The notes under the pieces: model-generated
Databases searched by the model: none
What the model was told of the DNA's origin: nothing
Seen by the model: only the letters and a program-made list of their open reading frames with translations
In this document: positions 13,408-20,761 of the stretch, in pieces
Layout: each line of letters starts with the position of its first letter
Numbering within the stretch: position 1 is the first letter of the stretch
Translations under genes and position numbers: made by a program
Assembly (NCBI RefSeq): GCF_000015585.1
Contig: NC_008789.1
Location: 1,800,001 to 1,832,000, forward strand
DNA: 32,000 nucleotides
Source of the DNA: Halorhodospira halophila SL1
Lineage (GTDB): Bacteria > Pseudomonadota > Gammaproteobacteria > Nitrococcales > Halorhodospiraceae
Reading direction: 5' to 3'

Positions 13408-14376
13408 TCAGCCGCGCGGATGGTGCGCGGCGTGAAGTTGCTGCAGACGCTGCCGGGCCACGTGGGTATAGATCTGGGTGGTGGACAGATCGGCGTGGCC
13501 CAGCAGCATCTGTACAACACGCAGATCCGCCCCGTGGTTGATCAGGTGGGTGGCGAACGAGTGGCGCAGCGTATGCGGCGAGATCGCCGGGTCAATCCCC
13601 GCCGCGGCCGCGTAGCGCTTGACCCGGTACCAGAACGCCTGACGCGTCAGCCCCTCACCACGGCGCGTCACGAATAGCGCCTCCGCGGCTCGACCGTCGA
13701 GCAGCAGCGGCCTCACCTCCTCAAGGTATCGACGCACCCAGTCGACAGCCTCTTCGCCAAGCGGGACCAGGCGTTCCCGATCGCCCTTGCCGATCACTCG
13801 CACGACCCCCTGACGCAGACTCACTCCATCCACGCGCAAGGCCACCAACTCCGAGACGCGAAGCCCGGTGGCGTAGAGCACCTCGAGCAGGCACCGGTCC
13901 CGCAGCCCCAGCGGATCACCGGTATCCGGTGCCGCAAGCAGGGCCTCAACCTGACGTTCGGTCAGCGCGCCGGGCAGGGGCTGGCCGAGACGGGGCGCCT
14001 CGACTTCGGCGGTGGGATCGTCGCTGCGCTCCCCCGTGGATACCAGCCGACGGTAGAAGCGTCGGAGGCTGCTCAGCAGACGCGCCGTTGTGCGCGGCCG
14101 CGCCCCCGCAGCGACCCGCTCGGCCAGGTAGGCGAAGACATCGCCGCGACCCGCGGCGACAAGCCCGTCCACGCCGCGCCCCTGAAGGAACGCCGCGAAC
14201 CCCTCCAGGTCCGAGCGATAGGCCGAGAGGGTCGCTGCAGACAGGCCCTGTTCGGCCCACAGGGCATCGAGAAACCCCTCGATCTGGGCGGCATCCGCCG
14301 GCGCCGGGGGCGGCCGCTCCCGCGCCCGCCCCCGGCGCTCGCCTCCCTCTGCCCCGGTGCGTTGCCGCCGCGTCAG
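13408..14376 (-). CDS. xerD: site-specific tyrosine recombinase XerD (start codon unresolved; see finding)
   Basis: C-terminal catalytic region ...[37 protein letters not shown]... is collinear with E. coli XerD. My manual in-frame translation upstream of the track GTG (14172) reads ...[42 protein letters not shown], which is the XerD N-terminal domain. That stretch contains no ATG, GTG or TTG. The 5' limit given is the in-frame CTG at 14376. The minimal canonical ORF is 13408..14172. Confidence 0.8.
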   Translation of the reverse strand: MTRRQRTGAEGGERRGRARERPPPAPADAAQIEGFLDALWAEQGLSAATLSAYRSDLEGFAAFLQGRGVDGLVAAGRGDVFAYLAERVAAGARPRTTARLLSSLRRFYRRLVSTGERSDDPTAEVEAPRLGQPLPGALTERQVEALLAAPDTGDPLGLRDRCLLEVLYATGLRVSELVALRVDGVSLRQGVVRVIGKGDRERLVPLGEEAVDWVRRYLEEVRPLLLDGRAAEALFVTRRGEGLTRQAFWYRVKRYAAAAGIDPAISPHTLRHSFATHLINHGADLRVVQMLLGHADLSTTQIYTHVARQRLQQLHAAHHPRG

Positions 14377-15185
14377 CGCGTACCTCCACCACCGGTCTCG
14401 GCCGTACCGCCGCTCTGCGGACCGGCTACCGGCCCGTGGCTCTCGCTATAGCCGAAGGCACGCAGCAGCTCCAGCGGCAGCGGGAAGACGATCGAGGAAC
14501 TTTCGTTCTCGTTGGCCACGGTAACCAGCGTCTGCAGGTAGCGCAGCTGCAGCGAGGCCGGACTCTGACCGAGCACCTCGGCCGCATCACGGAGTTTCTC
14601 GGCCGCCTGCATCTCGCCCTCGGCATGGATCACCTTGGCCCGGCGAGCGCGCTCGGCCTCGGCCTGCTGGGCGATGGCGCGAATCATCGACTCGTCGATG
14701 TCGACGTGCTTGATCTCCACATTCGCCACCTTCACGCCCCAGTAGTCCGTCTGCTGGTCGAGGATCTCCTGGATATGGGCGTTGAGCTTGTCACGCTCGG
14801 CCAGCATCTCATCCAGTTCATGCTGACCGAGCACGGAACGCAGTGTCGTCTGAGCCAGCTGGCTGACCGCCGAGAGGAAGTCCTCGACATTGATGATGGC
14901 CCGCTGCGGGTCGATGACGCGGAAGTAGAGAACCGCATTGACACCCACTGAGACGTTGTCCCGGGAGATGACGTCCTGGCTCGGCACATCCATCACCACC
15001 GTGCGCAGGTCGACCCGGACCATCTGCTGGATAAAGGGAATGACCAGGATCAGGCCCGGGCCCTTGACGCTCCAGAAACGCCCGAGCTGGAAGATGACGC
15101 CTCGTTCGTACTCGCGTAGGACGCGAATCGCCGAGACGGCGATCGCCAGCAGGACGGCGAGGACGACGATCAGAACGGTTTCCAT
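14373..15185 (-). CDS. SPFH/band 7 family protein (stomatin-like, N-terminal membrane anchor)
   Basis: N-terminal TM segment ([17 protein letters not shown]), then the [13 protein letters not shown]...[13 protein letters not shown]...YFRVIDP core and an [17 protein letters not shown] coiled coil. AAGGGGG SD. Confidence 0.88.
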   Translation of the reverse strand: METVLIVVLAVLLAIAVSAIRVLREYERGVIFQLGRFWSVKGPGLILVIPFIQQMVRVDLRTVVMDVPSQDVISRDNVSVGVNAVLYFRVIDPQRAIINVEDFLSAVSQLAQTTLRSVLGQHELDEMLAERDKLNAHIQEILDQQTDYWGVKVANVEIKHVDIDESMIRAIAQQAEAERARRAKVIHAEGEMQAAEKLRDAAEVLGQSPASLQLRYLQTLVTVANENESSSIVFPLPLELLRAFGYSESHGPVAGPQSGGTAETGGGGTR

Positions 15186-15258
15186 GGGTCCAACCCCCTT
15201 AGCACGGCGTGTTCACCTCTGCCCAGCATAGTCGCCCCCGACCGAGCCTCGCCACCCG

Positions 15259-15264
15259 TATAAT
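15259..15264 (+). promoter_or_regulatory. perfect TATAAT hexamer 6 nt upstream of the rlmM ATG (candidate -10 of a leaderless transcript)
   Basis: ccgTATAATggcgacATG. No SD-like purine run lies between it and the ATG. No good -35 hexamer at 17-bp spacing. Confidence 0.3.
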
Positions 15265-15270
15265 GGCGAC

Positions 15271-16290
15271 ATGGAATTGCAAGGCTGGATCCTCCACTGC
15301 CGCGCCGGCTACGAGCAGACCCTCGCCTCCGAGGCCACCATGGCGGCGCATGAGCGTGACGTGCACGGCTATTGCCGGGCGCGGGCACAGAGCGCTTACG
15401 TGGTCTTCCACGCTCCGGCCGGCGACGCGCCGTTGCCGCCGCAGCTGGTCTTCGCTCGAGCCGGAGCCGGACTAATCGGCGAGCTGCAGGGATTGCCCGA
15501 GGGCGGCCGCGCCGAAGCCATCGCCGCTGCGCTGCCGCCGGCCGTGGGCAGCGCCACCCCCTGGGTGGAACACCCGGACAGCGACGCCGGCCGCCCTCTG
15601 GCCCGCTTCTGCCGACGCTTCACCGGTCCGCTCCGGCACGCGCTGACACAGACCGGGGTGACCAGCGGCGATCCGCAACGGCGTCTGCGTCTGCTTTTCC
15701 CCGACTCTCGCCACTGCTTCGCCGGCATCGGCCCACGCGAAGGATGGCCGAGCGGCATCCCCCGTCTGCGCATGCCGCGCAACGCCCCGAGCCGCTCGGT
15801 CCTCAAGCTCGAGGAGGCCCTCCACCGTCTGGTACCGGAGAACGAGCGGCCCTACCCCGGTGAACACGCCGTGGATCTAGGCGCGGCCCCGGGCGGCTGG
15901 ACCTGGCTCCTGCGTGAACGCGGACTGACCGTAACCGCCATCGACAATGGCCCGCTGGCCCCGGCGCTGGCCGATGACCCCGGTGTCGAACACCAGCGCA
16001 CCGACGCCTTCCGCTTCCGCCCACGGACAGAGGTGGATTGGCTGGTCTGCGACGTCGTCGACCGGCCCCAGGGGATCGCCCGCCTGATGACCCAATGGCT
16101 GCGCGAGGAATGGGCACGGGCAGCGATCTTCAATCTCAAGCTGCCCATGCGTCGCCCGCTGGAGACGGTACGCCAAGCCCTGGACGCGGTCCGCACCACC
16201 GGCGCGCGGGCGCACGCCGCTCAGCTCTACCATGACCGGGAGGAGATCACCGTCTACGCACGCCGGATGGCCTCGCGGAATCGACCCTAA
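15271..16290 (+). CDS. rlmM: 23S rRNA (cytidine2498-2'-O)-methyltransferase RlmM
   Basis: Collinear with recalled E. coli RlmM/YgdE: CRAGYE (vs CRPGFE), PRLRMPRNAPSRSVLKLEEA (vs [20 protein letters not shown]), DLGAAPGGWT, FNLKLPM, QLYHDREEITV. Confidence 0.9.
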   Translation: MELQGWILHCRAGYEQTLASEATMAAHERDVHGYCRARAQSAYVVFHAPAGDAPLPPQLVFARAGAGLIGELQGLPEGGRAEAIAAALPPAVGSATPWVEHPDSDAGRPLARFCRRFTGPLRHALTQTGVTSGDPQRRLRLLFPDSRHCFAGIGPREGWPSGIPRLRMPRNAPSRSVLKLEEALHRLVPENERPYPGEHAVDLGAAPGGWTWLLRERGLTVTAIDNGPLAPALADDPGVEHQRTDAFRFRPRTEVDWLVCDVVDRPQGIARLMTQWLREEWARAAIFNLKLPMRRPLETVRQALDAVRTTGARAHAAQLYHDREEITVYARRMASRNRP

Positions 16291-16373
16291 CGTATTATCC
16301 TATCGGACCATGCCCGGTTCCGCCCGGCGCTGGATCCGCAGCGCCGGCATCAACCCGATCACGACGAAAGCCT

Positions 16374-16790
16374 ATGGATCTCAACGAACTAAAGGAGACC
16401 TTCGAGTTCATCGAGGACTGGGAGGAGCGTTACCGCATCCTGATCGACCTTGGTCGACAATTGCCGGAGTTCCCGGAGGCAGAACGCACCGAGGCCAATC
16501 GTGTGGAGGGCTGCACCAGCAACGTCTGGCTGGTCTGCCGACGCGACGAAACCGATCCGCAGCGGCTGATCTTCCTCGCTGACAGCGACGCCTTCATCGT
16601 CAAAGGGCTGATCGCGCTGGTCCTGATGGCCTATTCCGGTGCCACGCCGGAAGAGATTCAGCGCACCGACATTCGCGAGGTCTTCCGCCAGCTGGGCCTG
16701 GAGCGCAACCTCAGCCCCAATCGCCGCGACGGCTTCTTCGCCATGGTCGACCGCATCCATGAGCTTGCCGCCGAGGCCCAGGCGGCCTGA
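16374..16790 (+). CDS. sufE: SufE/CsdE-family cysteine desulfuration (sulfur acceptor) protein
   Basis: 138 aa with ...RYRILIDLGRQLP...NRVEGCTSNVWL... The conserved persulfide-accepting Cys lies in the V(E/P)GC(T/Q)S context. Confidence 0.85.
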   Translation: MDLNELKETFEFIEDWEERYRILIDLGRQLPEFPEAERTEANRVEGCTSNVWLVCRRDETDPQRLIFLADSDAFIVKGLIALVLMAYSGATPEEIQRTDIREVFRQLGLERNLSPNRRDGFFAMVDRIHELAAEAQAA

Positions 16791-16850
16791 CCCGCCACGG
16801 GCCTCGCCCCCGGAAAGGCCACCCACCAGGCGCTAACTGACTCAGGACGG

Positions 16851-17024
16851 ATGAATCGAGACCCGGCACAGAAACAACCCGAAATCAAGCAGCGACTGCG
16901 GGAACTCTCCCTCAACCAGCTGCGCGAACTCCACCAAGCCATCGACCGAGAGATCGAGGCCCGCTCCTTTGCCGATAGCCTCGAGGCGCAGATGCGGTTG
17001 TTCATGCGCCGGCGGGATCAGTAG
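16851..17024 (+). CDS. small hypothetical protein (57 aa, predicted helical/charged); below the ORF-track length cutoff
   Basis: My own translation: MNRDPAQKQPEIKQRLRELSLNQLRELHQAIDREIEARSFADSLEAQMRLFMRRRDQ*. GC3-rich codons like neighbouring genes, weak AGGA SD. It fills an otherwise empty 250-nt gap between sufE and the hydrolase gene. Confidence 0.4.
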   Translation: MNRDPAQKQPEIKQRLRELSLNQLRELHQAIDREIEARSFADSLEAQMRLFMRRRDQ

Positions 17025-17042
17025 GCAACCATTGGGGATCCC

Positions 17043-18068
17043 TTGCGCGCACTGACTCTTGCCCTCGCACCGCTTTGGCTCGCCGCCCTGGCGGTCGGTT
17101 GCAGCCGGGCCTCAGTCGACGGGCCGACCTCTCCACCCGAGGATGCGCCGGCGCTGGAGGACAACCACCTCATCGCCGAAGACGGCTACCGCTTGCCCTA
17201 TCGGCGCTGGGGACCAGAACGCGACGCCTCCCCTGAGGCCGTGGTGCTGGCGCTGCACGGGCTGAACGACTACAGCCGCGGTATGCGGTTCGCGGCTGAA
17301 CACCTAGCCGAGGGCGGCATCGCCACCTACGCCTACGATCACCGAGGTTTCGGCGATACCGCCGATGCGGGTACCTGGCCCGGTGGCCAGGCGCTGGTCG
17401 ACGACGCCGCCACGGCGGTGGAACGCCTCGCCGAGCGCTACCCCGACACCCCGCTCTACCTCATGGGGCACAGCATGGGTGGGGCCATTGCCATGATCCT
17501 GGCCACCGAGCAGTCGCCCGAGGCGGTCTCCGGCAGCGCCCTGCTGGCCCCGGCGGTCTGGGGGCGCGAGGCCATGCCGTGGTACCAGCGCACGGGCCTC
17601 TGGCTCTCCTCGCGCCTGACACCCGGCCTGCGCCTGAGCGGAGAGGATCTGGGGGTCGACCCGACGGACAACCCGGAGGTTCTCGAGGAGTGGCATGACG
17701 ATCCACTGATTCAGCGGGAGGTCAGCGCCCGCGCACTGGCCGGGGTGACCGACCTCATGGACCGCGCCCTGGAGGCCAGTGAGGAGTTGGAGGCCCCGAC
17801 CCTGATCCTCTACGGCGAGCAGGATGAGGTCATCCCGCGGGAGCCCACCTGTTTGATGCTGCACCGCTTGCCTGAACGCCCACCCGGACAGTGGCGCCTG
17901 GTCCTCTATCCCGATGGCCACCACCTGCTGACCCGCGACCTGCAGCGCGAACGCGTGCATGCCGACCTGCTCGCCTGGTTCCTGGATCCGGAAGGGGCGC
18001 GCCTGCCGTCGAGCCACGAGGTGGGGCATCAGGAGGGGCTATCCCGGTTGTGCGGCGACCGCGACTGA
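17043..18068 (+). CDS. alpha/beta hydrolase (lysophospholipase/monoacylglycerol lipase-like), probable lipoprotein
   Basis: Signal peptide with lipobox (LAALAVGC), HG oxyanion motif (LALHGLND), nucleophile elbow GHSMGG. TTG start preceded by GGGGA. Confidence 0.8.
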   Translation: MRALTLALAPLWLAALAVGCSRASVDGPTSPPEDAPALEDNHLIAEDGYRLPYRRWGPERDASPEAVVLALHGLNDYSRGMRFAAEHLAEGGIATYAYDHRGFGDTADAGTWPGGQALVDDAATAVERLAERYPDTPLYLMGHSMGGAIAMILATEQSPEAVSGSALLAPAVWGREAMPWYQRTGLWLSSRLTPGLRLSGEDLGVDPTDNPEVLEEWHDDPLIQREVSARALAGVTDLMDRALEASEELEAPTLILYGEQDEVIPREPTCLMLHRLPERPPGQWRLVLYPDGHHLLTRDLQRERVHADLLAWFLDPEGARLPSSHEVGHQEGLSRLCGDRD

Positions 18069-18122
18069 TCCACGGCAGGGGCAGGGAGCGGCCATGCCAA
18101 TAATGGATATCAAAACCGCGCT

Positions 18123-18150
18123 TTGACAGCGCCCACGACTCGTATACATT
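18123..18150 (+). promoter_or_regulatory. candidate sigma70 promoter of the sqr unit
   Basis: TTGACA (18123-18128), 16-nt spacer, TACATT (18145-18150), in the only AT-richer stretch of this gap. Implies a leader of about 175 nt before the ATG at 18332. Confidence 0.45.
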
Positions 18151-18331
18151 GAGCAAACATCGCAAGATATCGATATAAACGATCTGCGGTGTCGAGGCAC
18201 CGTCGCGAACGAGGTCCGAGTCAGCCAAGGCCGTCAGCGCACCCCGCTGGACCAGGGCCCGAGGCGCGAACCGGACGAAAGCAGATGGGCCAAAAGAACA
18301 GCTGCAAGACGATGCAGTCAGGAGGAGCGAA

Positions 18332-19717
18332 ATGACCGATCACAACCCATCCGGGTCCGAAGGAATCGACCTGAAGCGCCTGGTGGAAGCCTGCAGCCGG
18401 CGTGACTTCCTCAAGCTCTCCGGCATGAGCACCGGGGCCATCGCGGCCGGCGCCCTGGGCGCAGGCACTCTGCTCCATAGCCAGCCGGCGCGAGCCGTGC
18501 AGACCAATGCCCGCATCGTCATCGTCGGCGCCGGATCGGGCGGCCTCAACGCGGCGAATCGACTGCGCCGGGCGCTGGACGGCGCCGAGATCACCCTCGT
18601 GGACCGCCGCGAGGACCACTACTACCAGCCCGGGCTAACGTTGGTGGCAACCGGCTACTGGACGCGGGACAAGACCGAGGACCGGAACGAGCGTTATATC
18701 CCCAGGGGCGTCAACTGGGTCCAGGCGATGGTCGAGGAGTACGACCCGGAGAACAACCGCATCATCACCGACGAGGGCGAAACCCTCGAGTACGACTACC
18801 TGCTGGTCACCACGGGTCTGGAGCTGCGTTTCGATCGCATCGAAGGCATGAGCGCCGATCTGATCGGCACCCACGGCATCGGCTGCGTCTACGACACCCC
18901 CAGCAACGCGTGCGCCACCTGGGACGCCCTCGAGGATTACCTGCAGCAGGGCGGCAAGGGGCTGTTCGTCCGACCGCCGGGGGCGATCAAGTGCGCCGGT
19001 GCACCGCTCAAGATGACCATGATCACCGAGCACCGCCTGCGCCAGCGGGAGATGCGCGGCAATGCCGACCTCCACTACTACGCCCCGGGCGACGGCCTGT
19101 TCTCCCAGCCGGATATCGACGACTTCCTCAAGCGCCACTTCCCCGAGGAGCGGGATATCGATGTCCACTGGCACCACCGGGTCAAGGGCATTGAACCGGA
19201 AGAGAAGCGGGTCACCTTCGAGTCGGATGAAGACGGCGAGTTCACCGAGTCCTACGACTTCATCCACCTACCGCCTTCCATGAGCGCCCCCAAGCCGTTG
19301 CGCGAGAGCGAACTGGCGGCGCAGGAAGGCCCCCACGCCGACGGCGGCTGGCTGGAGGTGGATCAGTACACCCTGCAGCACAAGCGCTACCCGAACGTCT
19401 TTGGGGCCGGCGACTGCTGCGGTGTGCCGATCGGCAAGACCTCGGCCACGGTCAAGAACATGACGCCGGTGATGGTCGAGAACCTGATCAGCGTCATCCA
19501 AGACGGGGAGCCCACCGCCGAGTTCGACGGCTACACCTCGTGCCCGCTGATCACCGAGATCGGCCAGGCCATCCTGGTGGAGTTCAACTACGACTTGGAG
19601 ATGGTGCCCTCGTTCGGCTTCATCAGCCCCTATCGCGAGCACTGGATGGCCTGGGTGATGAAGGAGCACCTGCTGCTCCCGGCCTACAACGCCATGCTCC
19701 ACGGGCGCATGTCCTGA
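18332..19717 (+). CDS. sqr: FAD-dependent sulfide:quinone oxidoreductase, type II (SQRDL-like), with twin-arginine signal peptide
   Basis: AGGAGG SD. SRRDFLK Tat motif, hydrophobic h-region and ARA cleavage motif. Rossmann IVIVGAGSGG. AIKCAGAPLK and GAGDCCGVPIGKTSA redox-Cys motifs, and the C-terminal LLLPAYNAMLHG helix, resemble those I recall from human/type II SQR. Confidence 0.75.
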   Translation: MTDHNPSGSEGIDLKRLVEACSRRDFLKLSGMSTGAIAAGALGAGTLLHSQPARAVQTNARIVIVGAGSGGLNAANRLRRALDGAEITLVDRREDHYYQPGLTLVATGYWTRDKTEDRNERYIPRGVNWVQAMVEEYDPENNRIITDEGETLEYDYLLVTTGLELRFDRIEGMSADLIGTHGIGCVYDTPSNACATWDALEDYLQQGGKGLFVRPPGAIKCAGAPLKMTMITEHRLRQREMRGNADLHYYAPGDGLFSQPDIDDFLKRHFPEERDIDVHWHHRVKGIEPEEKRVTFESDEDGEFTESYDFIHLPPSMSAPKPLRESELAAQEGPHADGGWLEVDQYTLQHKRYPNVFGAGDCCGVPIGKTSATVKNMTPVMVENLISVIQDGEPTAEFDGYTSCPLITEIGQAILVEFNYDLEMVPSFGFISPYREHWMAWVMKEHLLLPAYNAMLHGRMS

Positions 19718-19740
19718 ACCAGCGAGAGGGGTAGTCAAGC

Positions 19741-20118
19741 ATGATCATGGAAACTATCACCGTGGCCATTCAGTTCCTCGGGGGCACCCTGCCCGCGATC
19801 ATCATCCTGGCCATTGTCGACCTCATCCTGCTCGCGCTGCTCATCGGCCGCGTGGGCAGCAGCTTCCGCAACTTCGGCCGGGCCCTGGGCAGCGCACTGG
19901 GCGTCGGCGGTGTCGTCGCTCTGATCTCGGTATTCCTGCTCCCGGCCCACACCGGGGCCAGCTGGGCCAACCTGCACGGGGCGACTGACTACCTGGGTCT
20001 GCTCGGCATCTCCATCGGACTCGGCTTGGCCGCAGCCGCCGCGGTCTTCCCGCCGATTCAATACCTGCTGGGCATGGCCTCAACGGGCCGCGATCAGCGC
20101 CAGAGCGCCCGCGCCTAA
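19741..20118 (+). CDS. small hypothetical membrane protein (about 3 TM segments), co-oriented 23 nt downstream of sqr
   Basis: 125-aa ORF. GAGAGGGG SD-like motif. Hydrophobic segments LPAIIILAIVDLILLALLIG, GVGGVVALISVFLL, LGLLGISIGLGLAAAAAVF. A strong terminator follows. Confidence 0.6.
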   Translation: MIMETITVAIQFLGGTLPAIIILAIVDLILLALLIGRVGSSFRNFGRALGSALGVGGVVALISVFLLPAHTGASWANLHGATDYLGLLGISIGLGLAAAAAVFPPIQYLLGMASTGRDQRQSARA

Positions 20119-20171
20119 GCGTGTCGCTGGCCGGCCCTGCGATGGAGCCTGGCCCGCCGCTGACCGAAACG

Positions 20172-20204
20172 CAGAGGCCGCCCCGCAGGGCGGCCTCTGT
20201 TTTA
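20172..20204 (+). terminator. rho-independent terminator after the sqr/membrane-protein pair
   Basis: CAGAGGCCGCCC-cgca-GGGCGGCCTCTG followed by TTTT. 12-bp perfect stem. Confidence 0.8.
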
Positions 20205-20224
20205 CTGGGCGTGGCGCCGGCCAC

Positions 20225-20671
20225 TCAATAGAGGAAATCGGGCAGGTGCTTACGGACTTGCTCGGGCCGCTCCAGGTGGCAGACGTCCTTATCCACCTCG
20301 TGGCTGATCGCCGCTTTCAGCCCGGTCCCCAGGTGGTGGCGAAACTGCCCCAAGAAGTGCGGCGCCGCCGCCACCACCAGGTGCTCGAAGCGCCGCTGCT
20401 GATGGGCCTGCTCCAGCCACCGCACCAGCTCGCGGGCAAAGCGATCCGACTCCACCTCCTTGACGTCGGTCGGGGGATCCATGGCGTGCCGCCCGCCCCC
20501 CGCAGATTCAGCGATGCGCCCCGGTCGATCCGTGACCAACTCGTGCGCCGGGATGCGCAACTCCGGATTGACCCAAGTCTCGACCTCCTGCAGGGACTGC
20601 CCCGAACGGTGCTCGGTGGAAAAGACCCGTGCCCGGGCTGCGTCGGCTGCCACCACCCACACTTTCGACAT
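20225..20671 (-). CDS. host-attachment-protein family protein (Pfam Host_attach-like), function unknown
   Basis: 148 aa from MSKVWVVAADAARARVF... with DRPGR...GGGRHAMDP...FARELVRWL...LVVAAAPHFLGQFRHHL, as I recall for this family. Perfect AAGGAGG SD upstream of the ATG at 20671. The 409-aa track ORF is an artefactual upstream extension antisense to nfo. Confidence 0.75.
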   Translation of the reverse strand: MSKVWVVAADAARARVFSTEHRSGQSLQEVETWVNPELRIPAHELVTDRPGRIAESAGGGRHAMDPPTDVKEVESDRFARELVRWLEQAHQQRRFEHLVVAAAPHFLGQFRHHLGTGLKAAISHEVDKDVCHLERPEQVRKHLPDFLY

Positions 20672-20761
20672 GTTACGACCTCCTTGCACAGATGCCATAA
20701 CCCAATGCGCACCTCTCTCAAGCTTAGTAGACTGCGCCCCGTTCCCCGAGGAGGACAAGCC

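Noticed and set aside
15186-15270. Expected NfeD-type partner gene upstream of the SPFH/stomatin gene.
   Set aside because: The 85-nt gap leads straight into the divergent rlmM, so no NfeD ORF is present. The SPFH gene is instead followed by xerD.
16658-17005. 115-aa minus-strand ORF in the sufE-hydrolase gap.
   Set aside because: It overlaps the 3' part of sufE antisense, is Ser/Arg/Trp-rich and lacks an SD. The plus-strand 57-codon ORF explains the open frame better.
18069-18331. Sigma54 (-24/-12) promoter upstream of sqr, as used by some sulfide-responsive activators. Also minus-strand ORFs 17830-18228 and 18221-18619.
   Set aside because: The only GGCAC-like site (in cgaGGCACcgtcgcgaac) lacks a GC dinucleotide at the required 10-nt spacing. 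The ORFs are Arg/Gly/Ala-rich shadows that overlap real genes.
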